Shown here piece after piece: positions 48,696 to 62,520 of a stretch of 64,000 nt of DNA; within the stretch, counting starts at the first letter, position 1; every line of letters begins with the position of its first letter. A program made the position numbers and the translations under genes. The stretch lies in the NCBI GenBank assembly GCA_053919585.1, contig JBSSHM010000078.1; one strand, written 5' to 3'. The notes beneath the pieces were generated by a model. That model did no database searches. It had not been told where the DNA came from and saw only the letters and a program-made list of their open reading frames with translations. The DNA comes from Euprymna scolopes (lineage: Eukaryota).

Positions 48696-50539
48696 ATTAA
48701 AAGGTATTTATTGAACAGATAAATAATGAAACCAAATATTTACAAGAAAAATTGATGTGAGAGAGGTAATCAGGTTTATTTGTTAACTAGCTTTTTCCGT
48801 GGTGTAGAACCGAATTGGAGAAAATATATTTTGCTTTGGTCAGAATATAAGACACCAAATCAAGAGTCCGGTTCTTTGTAAACGTGTTCACAAAGGCTAA
48901 GTTCAGAAAATTCTTTTACGATCGGATTTTATTACAGGAAATTGGGCAGAGTAATAAATAGTTGAAAGGTTGCCAACACCTGACATTCCTTATTAGAGCT
49001 GATTTATATACTGAAGTTATTACATGATTAACGTCCATTTATAGCCAGGTGGATTTGGAAGCTTCTGAAATTCTCAAAAAGGGAACACATAGACTTTGCA
49101 ATCGTTTGTAGATCTCGAAAAAGAAAGCTTTTTGTTTCTATTTTAGATCTCTTTAGAAACAATTAAACTCCTTTTATTATTTAATTGTAACGAAATATAT
49201 TTTAATATTTAGATCTTTATATTAAAACATATCATCTCTTATATGAATTGTGATTGTATAAATTCCTTGTCTTGACTAAAATACCGTAGATCTGCAACAA
49301 CATATGCCATATACAATTATATTATTTCTAAATGATTAGCCACTATCTTATGTAATTTTACTCGTTATAATAAAATCCTTTATTACATCTTGCGAGCAAC
49401 AACCTCACAATTCCGCAATCTTTAGATGAAGTCGTTTCTATTTTTCCTAAATCTAAAGTCCTCCTACCGCCCCAGTCAAGACTGGAATAAAATATACATA
49501 TTATGCATATATTGGCATGGCCCAATTTCGTAACGGGATCATACACTCACAGACATAAAATTACCTTTCAATTTACCGGCTCGAAAATAATCATTTCTCC
49601 CTTCTAAAATCCCTCCACTACTTATGGGCTGCAAGCTGAAAATAAAATGATTTCGAATTACACATGTTATTACAAAAACAGACGTGCAAGAACTTTACAA
49701 ATATGGCGGATCTCGCTATACGAAGCAATAATTTTATTAATATAAAACTAAATAAAAGAATATTAACAGGTCACAATTATACCTTTACAACCTTATATCT
49801 TCACAGTAAACTAAGCACACATTGTCAACACACAACTGTCACCACCCGAAACAACCTATGCTATAAAACAAAAGAATAAGATTCACAGATAACATTGTAT
49901 TTTTTTCGAATCTCCTTAACAGAACGGCAATAATCCAATTTTTGTTGTTTTCATTTTCAGTTTGGTTTAATACGTGTCGTTTAGTTTTTTATAATATTTT
50001 ATTTAATTTTTAATATACCTATGCATAAATTAACATCGCGCAGATATTCCCCCGAAAAAAATCCTGAAACGTAACATTAATATTGTCTTTTTCTTTTAGT
50101 TCATAGGATTTGCTTGGTTCTATTGTATCATTTTCACTCATTTATTTAATTTGCTTCCTCGTGCATTGAATCTTCATTGGATTTATTCAGTAAAATTGCG
50201 TTTCGATGCGTCTTTCATTGGACACAAATATATCATGTACTGCAAATGTTGTTGTTCTTAGAACATGTGGAAAAAAGATCTATGAACTCACTAACCAAAG
50301 CACGTGCATATTTTCCTTTATTATATGATAAATGTATATAATTTTCATTAAGATTATATTTCTGAGGGTTAAAATTGCCTATTTTGATCTATATCTTTCT
50401 CTTTTCTCACTATATTTATTTTATTGTTCATATGAATTTTATTTCATTAGTGTCTATAATATTTTTTATATCAGGACCGGCTTCATTTTAGTTATATAAT
50501 TCTTATCAATGTAAGATTTTAGCATATTCATGTGGGAAA

Positions 50540-50680
50540 TTCTGTTTTTATTCCTCCGATCAGTATTGCGTACCATATACTTTACCTCATTATTTTTCTA
50601 TTCCATATTGTCCAAAATATCTTGCCTGTGGTGAAGAACTCGGAATTGACAAAAATACTAAAGCCTTAATTTTCCACTTA
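50540..50680 (-). pseudogene. Possible hAT dimerisation-domain remnant
   Basis: Minus frame KALVFLSIPSSSPQA resembles 'A..VLSIP.SSA..ER.FS'. Heavily decayed. Confidence 0.3.
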
Positions 50681-51664
50681 AAAAAAACATCGATGTGTTC
50701 TAGTAATATATCATATCTAAATTTAATTTTAATTTTAGAGCTTTTTTAATATTGTTTTGTAATATTGGAAATGTATAGAGATGTATATAATTTTTCACGT
50801 AACCATTTTTTAGAATATTTTAAGAAGCTTTCACTGTATTGCCCATATATGATTCATAAACGACTTCTCTCACAGAAAACAGAATTAATTGAACTCCGTC
50901 GACGCAATCATTTTTATATTTGAAACATAATTTTCTTAATCACTGACTTTATTGTTTGACGAAAACGTTCAAAACTTCCTGTGATTCTGTTTGGTAAATA
51001 GTAGGTTTGTACTGTTTGATAGATATTACATCAATTCCTTGTTGGAATAGACCAGACAAAACGTTTAATTATTTGTCTGATTGAGTGCCTGATGGAATCC
51101 CAACTAAGCAGAAAAAAATGTTAAGGCTTTAATAATAGTTTGGTCTTAATAATTTTTAGAGAAATAGTCTCTGGAAAACGGGTTGATGTGCACATAATTA
51201 TTATTAGATAGTTATTGCCTACTTTGTTTTTTTAAAGAGGACCAACACAACCAACTAACATTCTAGGAATCTTTAGATTTATATTTCCGACAACCTGGCA
51301 ATCAATTACATTTTCTTTTAATTTCGGCCTTCAAAAGAGTGTTTATCATCTGCTTTGTTTATTTCTTAATGTCCTGACAAAAGAGTATTATGACCTACGC
51401 TGAGTATGTCTTGTCTGTAAACTTTTATGATATTTAGCTTACTATTCTCCAGTTCTCGTTTGAATTGGCCTTCACTGATCCCCATCTTCTCATTAAAATG
51501 CTATCTGTTATATAAAAGTATTCCCTAACCATTTAGGTTTCTAAATGAAGTATTTTATTTTAAAAAAATGCTCAGTGTTCTTTCCTTTGTTTCATAAAAA
51601 ATCGATTATATAATTTCTCTGTGTCGTTTTTATTATGTCATGTAGTACAGTAGAACCCCTGGAT

Positions 51665-51733
51665 GCCGTGGGCCCTGGGCCGTGGGCCGTGGGCCGTGGG
51701 CCCTGGGCCGTGGGCCCTGGGTCGTGGGCCCTG
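51665..51733. repeat. GC-rich 7-bp minisatellite (GGGCCGT/GGGCCCT), about 9 copies
   Basis: Directly visible. Confidence 0.95.
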
Positions 51734-53089
51734 AGATACGTTTCTTTTAGGTTAAGGTGTATATACGATGTGTTTCTTTCCCTGTTTACAGTATTTGCCC
51801 CGCCTTACGGTTTGAATTATAATGGTATTTGGTTATATACATGTGTATAACATACTGTACTTTATTTTGTTACACATTTGTATTGCCGTATCCCTGGGTT
51901 CTATCGTACTATCTCATTTTGTATCTATATTATTAGTTTTTCTAGCTCATGAGATTAGAATTTTTTTTATTTTAAAAGAATAGCTGGTTTTAAAGAATGT
52001 ATGCTTTCTAAAATTTGTTTCTGTACTTTAGTTGTAGTGACTACACAGATTGGTATACGATTTTACCTTCTTTCTGTAACTTTCCTCACTAATTTCTCCT
52101 GTATCCGTAATTATTTGTCCTGTTACTACATTATTCCATGCTAAAGTTTTACATAATACTAAGGATACACGTTTTACTGGAAAAGAAGCTCGAACACAGA
52201 CTATGACAAAGTAATTTCTGTAATTTGATTTTATATAGATTTTATGAAATTTTCTTCCACTCTATTCTCTGTAACAAAAACAAATCTCCCGTGAAGGTCG
52301 TTTTCGATAGTGGTAATATATATTCTAGCAACAGAGTTTGAAACCCACTTCTGTCGCATGAGATTTTTACGGGTGTAGCTTTCTCCAGATTATCATAATA
52401 AACAGAGCGATAAGATATAAAAGGTATTCATGTGTCTATGGATGGATCGGAACAGTTTTCCTCTATATCTCGAGATAGACGACTGAGAGGGAGGATATTT
52501 TTAATTGTTTTTCAAGAACATGGGTTTCGCAAGATTTTATATTTGTTGATTTCTTTTTCGTAATCGGATGCCAGATATAATGTGATTAATTCATCCATAA
52601 TATGCATATTTTAAGTTTTGATTGTGTCAGAAATTGACTATTGGATATGTATCTTACTTTTTTTTATTTGAAGTATTTTTATGAGATAAGTTGTGAAACG
52701 ACAGCAATGGTTTCTTCTTTGAATAATCATCGCTCATTTTCGTCTTTTCATGAATCGTTTATAGTTTTATGTTGGGAGTATTCGCGATTATAGCAGCTTC
52801 GCAAATAGTTTTTTTTTTCTTTTTTGCCGATTATGGTCTGATGCATATGTGATTATAGCAGGTTACTTAAGGAGTAGATATATAAAAATCAAGCAAATGT
52901 TGTTATTTACCAGGGGAAAGGCATAATGTGCCTCGGGTTGGAAGGAGGATAACTTTTGCGTCTACTTTCACTATAATAATAACATTATATTACGTTTTCT
53001 AGTCTTCCAAATCTAGCCACCATAAAACATAACTAAATATTCGGAAGAAAATGCAATTTCAGTTGTTTGCATATAGTACAAATTTCAAT

Positions 53090-54206
53090 AAATAGGTTCA
53101 TAAGAGCAGTAGTTGATGGGAAGAAATAAAAAAAACTCATAGTATCAATGCTGGAGTCCATCAGGGGTCCACCCTAGGTCCAACTCTCTTCGTGACCTTC
53201 ATTAATGATCTTCCAAATCACATCCTTTGATCATTCGTAGACATTTGTGCTGACGACCCTACCATCTATGGCAAAACGTCAAAGGCTGTAAACGGCAAAG
53301 TTCTCTCTGATTCTCTCTCCTCTGATCTTGCGCATGTGGTACAAAGGGGAAAGAGGTGGCTGGTTATTTTTAATGCATCTCAAACCAAGTTTATTTTTAC
53401 ATCATCAACGTTCTGACCCTCATCTTGCATTAATTGAACTGCATGGCTCTCGTCTCGGAAAAAGCTCACAGTTTTGAAAAGCTTCTCGGCTTGACCTTTA
53501 CTCCTGATCTGAAATGGAACGCATACATTAAAGTCAACGTCGCTGGAAAAATGTTGGGATCCTTTTATCGATCCAGTAGACATCTACTTGCTAATGCAAT
53601 TCTCTACCTATGTAAGAGCAAGGTACACCCAAGGATGTAGTGTTGTTTCCACATCTGGGCAGGGGCTTCTAGGAAGTGTTTATTCTGCCTTGACAGAGTT
53701 CAAAATAGAAACCGTCACGTAGCCTCGTAGGAGATGTTCTTTTCTCTTCCCTGCAACCTCTTTCACAAAAAAGAGACGTTGCGAGCCCGTCTTAGCTTTA
53801 TCGTTACTTTCATGGCAAGTACTCCTCTGAGAGGTAATCTATGATCCCTTCGCCAAACATTCACGAGAAACACTCGTCTAGCTGAAAACACTATAAATAA
53901 TTTACCCTACTCTATATATGGGCTTAAACATAAACGTAGATTCCATGAATATAGTTTCTTTCTTAGAACTGCAAACCTAATTAACTCTCTTCCGTTTACC
54001 TGCGTTCCAGCTGGCTACAATATGGTCGTTTTCAAGTCCACCGTAAAAAAAGTTCTTGATGAGAAGTTCCCCTTAAGTAATCCAATTTACCAAATTTAAA
54101 CTTCTGACGATTACTATGATATTGCCATTGTGAACGCTGTGCACTCTTTACCCCTTATCCTCGTGTGACCTCTGGGCCTTGATAAGTGGCGGTTCCTTTG
54201 TAAAAA
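53090..54206 (+). mobile_element. Older CR1 family A 3' fragment
   Basis: AGVHQGSTLGP, ICADD, LGLTFTPDLKWN; terminus CCCTTATCCTCGTGTGACCTCTGGGCCTTGATAAGTGG. Confidence 0.9.
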
Positions 54207-57200
54207 GATCAAGATTGGATATACGTATTCTAACTTTTAACGGACTCTGTCTCGATGAGCAAGTTATAAGTACAGCCACGTATATACTCGACACAGACAG
54301 TAACGTAATAATTTGTAACCGATTAGATTGTCTACATTGTAACATGTCAAAAATAAGCTATTTAATCTCCGGCCCCATAACTCGATTAAATTAGGTAGGC
54401 ATTAAGAGATTCGGAATTACTTCTATGTTTCCCCAAAAAACTGCATGCATTTCATCTAAATCTTACAAAATTACTAAATCTTTGAGTTTTTCGAAAGTTA
54501 TGGCATTAAAATATGTACAAGCACATTCATTTTCAAATTTACATAAGAATACACGTTTAGATGTTATGTAGATTCTCTAACATTTTTTCTAAATAGGAAA
54601 CAAAAAACATCACGAACACATATGCACATTGTCTCATGTATTTCTCACATAATTTGAGTTTTAAATGAATACATTTGTTGTGTGGTCATGAACATTTATT
54701 AAAGGTAAAATATTGTGTCACAGTGAAATATACATTGCTCTTTTTACAGAAATGGTTCCGATGTATTGTTTGTTTTCACAATGTTATTCTCTATTTAATC
54801 TTCATCTGCTCTATAATATTTTTCTTTTTTTTTTTCAAGCGCAAGGTTGCATTTTCATTAAGGTAATTTTCGATATCAATTTAGATTGCACAAGACAAAT
54901 CAATGAAAGGCAACATCATCATCGAGATACCGACTTATATTCTCGATCTGCTAATTATTATCTTTTAAAATCCAAAGCAAATAAATCGTGTTTCACTTTA
55001 CTCGTTTGTGCATTTTTATTTTGCATTTCTGAATTTTGTTTTAATTGTTTGATGTGTTTTGACAGGTTCGTCGACGAGTTGGGTTTTAATTTCTGGAAAG
55101 GAGAAAATAATTTTATTCATAAGTAATCATATATAGCTTTCGCATCAGATGTGATACTCTATATTTTTTTTTGACGAGAATTTTACCAAAAACATAGTGG
55201 CAAAAAAAAATAAATAAATACCACACTAACCAGCACGTAAATGTCACAAAACGCGTGAACATTTTCATTTCCTTTGAACATACAATTTGCACGTGTGCTT
55301 ACTGATTAAAAAAAAAAAACATTATAGATGCAGTAGTCCTCATCGCTTTTTCTGACCCAAACATAAATGGTTTCTGTCAATTTTTTTGTAAGGTTCGAAT
55401 TTCGGACTAAATATAAACTATTAGAAAAGATAATTAAAAACGACTACCGGCTCATTATTAGTTTAATAGTTATTTAAAACAAACAATAGTATAACATTTT
55501 ACAGCTGAAATACAAATTCTAAATGATGATTCTGATATTAACACATGTATTATTAGGATCATTATAATACCTTAATTTAGACCTTATTCATCTAAACTAT
55601 ACGTAACTTAAGCTAAAATGATAAAAGTGTTGCCCTAAAGAAAACAACTCTGCAGCTTTATTTTAAAACTTTTATTGAAAAATTCAATTCAGGTTATTTG
55701 ATTATGCATGTAATCATGGCAAATAAACTGACGAAAAGCATCTTTAAAATAAAGCATAACACTTATTTAAAGCGTACGGAGTTGATACTATTACCACTGA
55801 TTATATTTATAACATTTGGAAAGAAACGGTTATTGTTTTAATTATTCTTACAACTGTTTCCATTTTAAGTGTTATTAAATCAAAGTTTCAATTAAAATTG
55901 CCTGCTGATTCCCGAGTTCGACAGAAAAAGCTTCGAGTTCAACAAGATACATCTTACGATTTGGAGGTTTTAACGAGGGAAACGATGTACGAATGACAGT
56001 AAAGACGAGAACAATATTCCGAATAATCCAAATAATACGTAATGCTATTTCTTCAGACACTGTCTAAAATATCACATAACCCAGCATGTTTTGTGATAGT
56101 AATTAACAGCGAAAATTTTACCGGAAAACCAAACTATTTATAAAGAAAAATGAAACATACACCAAAAAATATTCTTTTTCTTTAAACAAAATCATTAAGC
56201 GAACTCGATACAATAATATATTTTTCGAACGATGAACCTTCAGCTAAAACTGGACACACGTCAGACTATTTTTGTTTTTATTAATCAATAAGAAAGTCCA
56301 GGACACTTACTTGGAGTCAATATTAGGGGTGGGGTTTTCAGGGTGAATATCTCGGATGCCGCCATGCTGTGTTTGGTTATAGATACAACAGACACTACTA
56401 AAGAAAGCGGCACAGTTTGAAACATACGCAGGCATTGTGTTAGACATAGATTCGACACTGTTCTTTTTCCATATTTAGTCGCTGTTCGTCCGATTGCTGG
56501 CAGAATGCTTCTTTTTATATCACGTTCTTTTTATCCTTTATAAAAATAACAATTCGACGAAGAAGACGTGAGCCGGGCGTGATCTGACAAAGTTCTCCCG
56601 AAAGAGGAAACACGTATTGGCTGTGCGGACTAATCTCCTCTTTAAATCGGTATTTGTAGATACAAATCGCTGGGAAACTTATTCGTGGCCCATCCTTGAC
56701 TATCTTATAGATTAAACTGTGGTTTTAGTTTGCAGGCGCCTATGTTACACGTTACTAATTGTTTACTGAGAATCGCTCAATATCTCCCGCCAAAAATGGC
56801 GACTGGTAGGTTAACAAAGTTGTGTCTTATTTTTAATCAATGAAATAGAAGTAAAAAGTTTACTTATGTCGACTGTTAGTAACAATGCCCGACATTATTA
56901 TTATCATTTGCTTACTTATTAGTCAATCTCCACACATTGCTCAAGTAATATGTATGAGGAATATTCACACACGCACACGCACACACTCACACGCACACAC
57001 GCACACATATGAAGCTGAATATAACTACAGGGCATATTTAAATAAATGGCAACACTCTATATTCCAAATTTTAAGATGTTGGCCATCTCACCTTTTATTT
57101 CCTTAAGTACTTTGAAATACACAAAGCTTTGCAGCACTTGTTTCGTCGCGCAACAGCATTACTTCCATTATTATATCAATTCTTGAATCTATTCTGCCCT

Positions 57201-57384
57201 TAAGTCATCAGAAGAAAAAATAACTTATCTACTCTAAAAGAAAACAAAATAAAACGGGCATGATTACAAATCCGAAAATTGGAAGCGAATTTTATTTTTC
57301 AATTTGTTACACCATCCGTGGATTTAAAGAATTGCGCATGTCGTAGTACCTAAATACATCTGGAATGTAGACTATGTCATGTAA

Positions 57385-57441
<57 letters not shown>

Positions 57442-57443
<2 letters not shown>

Positions 57444-57930
57444 AGTTAAGAAAAGCATCCTATCCAAGGCATGAAAAGTGTTAGACAAACAAATTGTTTT
57501 TACTATAGGCTTTAAAAATTAAGGTACAAGATACGATTTGAAATGCATTTATCTTCAAAGTGCACTTTTATAAATTTTACAAATAAGATATAAAAATTTA
57601 ATTTAAATTGCATCAAAAATTGCCTTGAATTGATTTTACAATGTACATTCTGTTGCAATTTTTTTTTAAATCATTGAAAATTTTATATCTATATCATTAA
57701 CTCCAAGATGAAAGATAATGTTTTGAAAGTGCACCAAAATGTACGTTACATAAAATAAATCCAAGGCTATTTTTGATTCAATTTTTATACCTTAGTTTGT
57801 AAAATTTATAAAAGTGTACTTTGAAGATGAATTAATTTCAAATTGAATCTTGTACTTTTATTTCTAAAGCTTATAGTAAAAACATTTTGTTTAACAATTT
57901 TCATGCCTTGAATGAATTTTTTTTAACTTG
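57442..57930. mobile_element. TA-flanked fold-back MITE (Tc1/mariner-type) with long inverted arms
   Basis: TA|CAAGTTAA.AAAA...CAAGGCATGAAAA...TTTACTATA.GCTTTA...TCTTCAAAGT.CACTTTTATAAATTTTACAAA is mirrored at 57780-57930|TA. Arms are at least 170 bp. Confidence 0.88.
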
Positions 57931-58624
57931 TATCTTATCTTTTTACGATTATATTTTAAAACTCTCCTTATCTCTATTTCAGTTTATATTTCTCCTCACG
58001 CCACAACTCATTTTTGCAACCCCCTCTTTGTAATACAGGTCTAAATAATGAGAAAATCTGTTTTTTTTTTAACAAAAGCTTAAAAATAACATTTTAAATT
58101 AAATGTTTTAAAACTTATTTCAGAATATAAAATCTTTAAAATTTAATAAGATGCATATCCCATATAGGTTTCATTTACGAATATTCAGTAAATAACGGGA
58201 AAATAGAGATGAAAATTTCAACAGTTATTATAATAAAGAAACATTTTATACATCAAATACGGTGAACAACTATTACACCCAGTCAATCATCGCAAGTGTT
58301 TAATTTGACAGGGAGTGTGATCCAACAATACTCACTGATTGAATCCAAAATTTTGGAACTCCTGTCTTGCGAGCTGCTTCCCGAACAGATTTATAGCCGA
58401 TTAGTGAAACGTCTCAGTTACTCATCTTTCTGTTGTGCGACTGGATGATAATCCTGGTCTTCCAGTGTGCTTCTTATCGACATCTAATAATTTTTCAACC
58501 AAGTACTCCTTTTTACTCAAACTTATCTCACAAACTAATAATTGTGAGTCTTTTTTGTGCATCTAAAACGACTTTTCACTTAAATTATGTTGTTCGTATT
58601 CCAATAGCAATTTAGAACGATTTG

Positions 58625-58734
58625 TTTTTTCCTGGTAACCTAGGGGGTCAAAGTTTAAAAAATTGACCGCTTTTTTTTTTTTTTGCTCAACATACACCTC
58701 CAAACACGCGGGCAACGCTAGGCTGGAATGCTAG
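58625..58734 (+). mobile_element. Helitron 3' terminus
   Basis: CGCGGGCAACGCTAGGCTGGAATG-CTAG|T, a degenerate form of the common GGGCAACGCCGGG hairpin plus CTAG. Confidence 0.6.
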
Positions 58735-59372
58735 TATTATTATAAAATCAATTCTTCATCGATTATTTTTATTATATTTTATCTAATATATATGTATTAA
58801 TGCTTGCAAATTTAAAGAGAAATATGTCACTCACTTTCCATCAGCGTAAATCGAAACCAAATTCAAAACTTATAGCACGCCTCGCCGATAACTTAGCGTC
58901 TAAACTATTGTCAGTTGGTTACTGGGTAGCTAAAAATAAACTAAGATTACTGTTCCAATGTGTATGTCTTTGAGCACGCGTAGCAGATTAGTTTGTTTAC
59001 TTACGCTTACCAGGTTATAAGTTCTTATGTTTTTATCCCTTAATATCTATGTTTACCAACGAAAGACCATTGAAACGTGATCCATGAAAAATGCAATAAA
59101 TTTGACCTGCCTCGTGCTGCATTGAAACATTTAGTCTTGGAGGAGATACAGTGTGTGAAAATGTTCATAGGCGGACAGATAGAAAAATAAACAGGCAGAC
59201 AGTCACAGCGAGTTTTGTAAATGAGACAAATAGAAATTAGTTATTTGTCTGAAACCGAAACTACATTATTATTTCTATTAAGCCAACTATTTTATTTCTA
59301 TTATTAATCGTATTTTCCTGTTTGAAGCTGGAAAGATTCTATACATTAACTGAACACTTATACTATATAATT

Positions 59373-59899
59373 TTTACACGGGAATAACTACTTATCAAGG
59401 CCCGAAGGCCACTGGGGGATAAGAATTAAGGGATACACTATAGTCAATGTGATTATAGCGTTTTTAACATAGGTAGTGGGATTTTTGTGAGTAGAATTAC
59501 AATGGTAGCCGGTTCATCAAGTATGTGTTTACATTGGATCTAAAGACAGTAAGATTGTAGTCACCTTAGAAGCAGGGCAACGGAAGAGAGTTCCACAGGC
59601 GTACAGTTCTAAGAAAGAAGTTTTGCTCATGGAATCTACATTTAGGTTTAGGCAGACACAAAGAGTGAGGGAAACTATTTGTAGTGGTTCTAGTTAGACG
59701 AGTATTTTCCATGATAGTTTGGCGAGGGAGGATTATAGATTAGATATTAGGCAAACAATCGCCGTGGAAATAACGATAAATCAGAGACAGGCTTGCAACG
59801 TCTCTTCTGTGGGAAAGATGTTGCAGGGAAAAGAAAAGGGTATCGCCACTAAGCTACGAAGTCTGTTTCGAACTCTCTCAAGGCAGGATAAGCTGCTTC
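59373..59899 (-). mobile_element. Older CR1 family A 3' fragment
   Basis: CTACTTATCAAGGCCCGAAGGCCACTGGGGATAAG terminus; co-linear with 2200-2690. Confidence 0.88.
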
Positions 59900-59927
59900 T
59901 ATAAGTAATATACAGTACACTAAGTAG

Positions 59928-59972
<45 letters not shown>

Positions 59973-60008
59973 TAGATAAAAACTAATATGACGATGTCAA
60001 AATATATG

Positions 60009-60060
<52 letters not shown>

Positions 60061-60461
60061 GAGAGAGAGACAGACAAACAGGCAGACAGACAGACATACA
60101 GACAGATTTATTCATTAATCCAATAAAGGTGAAACATCGATTAGAGGAGTAGGATAAGTGAAAACTCTTTATACCGTTGCATCCCTATTATGTTTCCTAG
60201 CATATTATCTTTTCTTCTGGTGAGAAGGCTTTGAAATACCTTGGTATGAAGAAATACCTTGGTACAACCTGACTAAACCAACACCTCTAATTGACATATC
60301 ACTCTCATTAAATAACTGAATAAGCTTATATATATTAGTATATATTTTTAATCGTTATTTTCGTCTTTATTAATTTTTATAAAGCTTGAAAACAATTTAT
60401 TGAACTCTGCATCATCCCGAAAAGTATTTTTTTAAGTAATGCTCCTCTTTTTTAGTTTAAC

Positions 60462-60462
<1 letters not shown>

Positions 60463-60534
<72 letters not shown>
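60463..60534. repeat. (TA)n microsatellite
   Basis: Directly visible. Confidence 0.95.
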
Positions 60535-60538
<4 letters not shown>

Positions 60539-60652
60539 CGCTCGCTGCGTGAGTTGTTCATTGCTAATAGAATCGTGGCCGGGTCTGAATCTCACGACCT
60601 TCTTTAACCGTAACATTATGTACTGATGAAATCCGAAATGATAAAACAGTAG
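60535..60652 (+). mobile_element. SINE-like element with B-box-like motif and hammerhead-like core, cut by gap
   Basis: GGGTCTGAATCTC...TGTA-CTGATGA-A-ATCC-GAAA-TGAT-AAAAC-AGT. Confidence 0.5.
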
Positions 60653-60794
60653 NNNNNNNNNNNNNNNNNNNNNNNNNNNNNNNNNNNNNNNNNNNNNNNN
60701 NNNNNNNNNNNNNNNNNNNNNNNNNNNNNNNNNNNNNNNNNNNNNNNNNNNNNNNNNNNNNNNNNNNNNNNNNNNNNNNNNNNNNNNNNNNNNA

Positions 60795-62104
60795 AGGAGT
60801 TTGGTAGAGTCTTCAAAGGTCAACTCTTTCAACTTTGACATCTTGCCAGCGAGATTTCTTCCCGAAAACTGGTTCAAATCTTGCTGCATGCATAAAAACT
60901 CTTTATGTAAATTTTCAAATGTTTCAACCAAACGTTGGCTTAACAGTTTGCTAGAGAGCGCAAAGGTAACATCTTGTAACTTTAACCGCTTGAAAGCAAA
61001 ATTTTCAGAAAAAAACGATTAAAAAGCAAGCCTGATGTCTGAATATCAATTATGTAAAATTTCAATTGTTTAGACCAGAAATTAGCTGAGTAATTTTGTA
61101 GAGAGTTCAGAGGTAATTTAAAAAAAAAAACACTTTTTTCAACCTCTTAACATTTATTGTTTTGGGCTCAAATTAAGTTATTAAGTTATGTCCATGTCGA
61201 TGTAACCTATGCCTAAAATTTCAAGTGTTTAGACCCAACATTGTCGGAGAAGTTTGATAGAGTTCTCAAATGTCAAATCGTTCAACGTTGACCCTTTTCA
61301 GTCAAACCTCTGGCCGAAAATCGATGAAAAAATGTTCCCAAATCTACATTACCTCTTATGTCACATCTCAATTTTGTAGACCAAAAAGTTATTTGATAGA
61401 AAAGTGCACATACACACAGAAAGGCGCAAAAAGTGCCCATTTCGAAGTGAATATATAAATGTTTTTAGCCAATTTTTCGATATTTGTCGTTTGAAAGGTC
61501 GAACTTCAAAACGATACTGATATTGGTAAAATCCGTCGCCTCTGTCAGAAGTATTAGGCAGACATACAAACACACATACATACATAGATTTATATATTGG
61601 TAACTAAAAGTTTTCGACCCAAACAGATTAAAAAGCTTGCCCTATCTCTGAACACCCTTTACGTAAAATTTCAAATGTTTAGACCAGAAATTGTCTGAGT
61701 AATTTGGTAGAGACCGCAGAGGTCATATTTTTTAAGTTTGGCCCCTATTATGGCCCCTAAACCTGCATTCTCTTGGACTCAACTAAAGTTATTAAGTAAG
61801 CCCCATGTCCAAGGAACCAACATCTAAAATTTCAAGTGTTTGGACCCAAAGTTGTCGGAGGAGTTTGTTAGAGTTCTCAAAGGTCAGATTGTTGAACTTT
61901 GACCCTTTAACAGCCAAATTTCTGGCCGAAAACAGACCACACAGATTTTCCCGAATCTCATTATCCTTTATATCAAATTTCGAGTCTGTAGACTTTAAAG
62001 TGACGGAGTTATTTAGTATGGAAATGTACAAACACAGACACACTGATACACAGACACACACAGATACACATACACGTTGACTTTTGTACATATATATATA
62101 GAGA
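60795..62104 (-). mobile_element. Cluster of Helitron/Helentron-like non-autonomous elements with internal subrepeats
   Basis: Unit AAAATTTCAA.TGTTT.GACC..AA.TTGTC.GAG.A.TTTG.TAGAG recurs near 60908, 61056, 61215, 61665 and 61826. (CAGA/CACA)n tracts; related copies at 10182 and 11870. Confidence 0.7.
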
Positions 62105-62135
62105 TATAATATGTGTAGATATAAAACTATTATTC

Positions 62136-62189
<54 letters not shown>

Positions 62190-62200
62190 CACATATATAT

Positions 62201-62520
62201 TGAGTGTCTAAGGTCTCTCTGTGCAGGGGTTTCTCAGAACAATCTTGCATGTAGATATTTTTATCGATAAGTAAATCTTGACAAAATATTCAAAATCACA
62301 TATAATTCGCAACACAAATAGGATTTTCTTCTATGGCTAATCCACATTAGCTTTTACGAGAAATGGCGCACCTTCTCCAAGTGATATTACCCTAAGTAAT
62401 AGCACCAAGCTGATATTCAGCCATGCAAGAAAATACCTTGTCCTGGAGTCTAGTAAGATGAAGAGACCAAGACAAAAATATATTACAACATATGTAATTG
62501 TTTATTGGGAAGAGAAAATT
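62201..62520 (+). repeat. Old dispersed repeat, homologous to 8309-8650
   Basis: Shared co-linear anchors (see the 8309 entry). Confidence 0.55.

Noticed and set aside
58385-58425. Hammerhead-like GAAACGTC
   Set aside because: No CTGANGA upstream.
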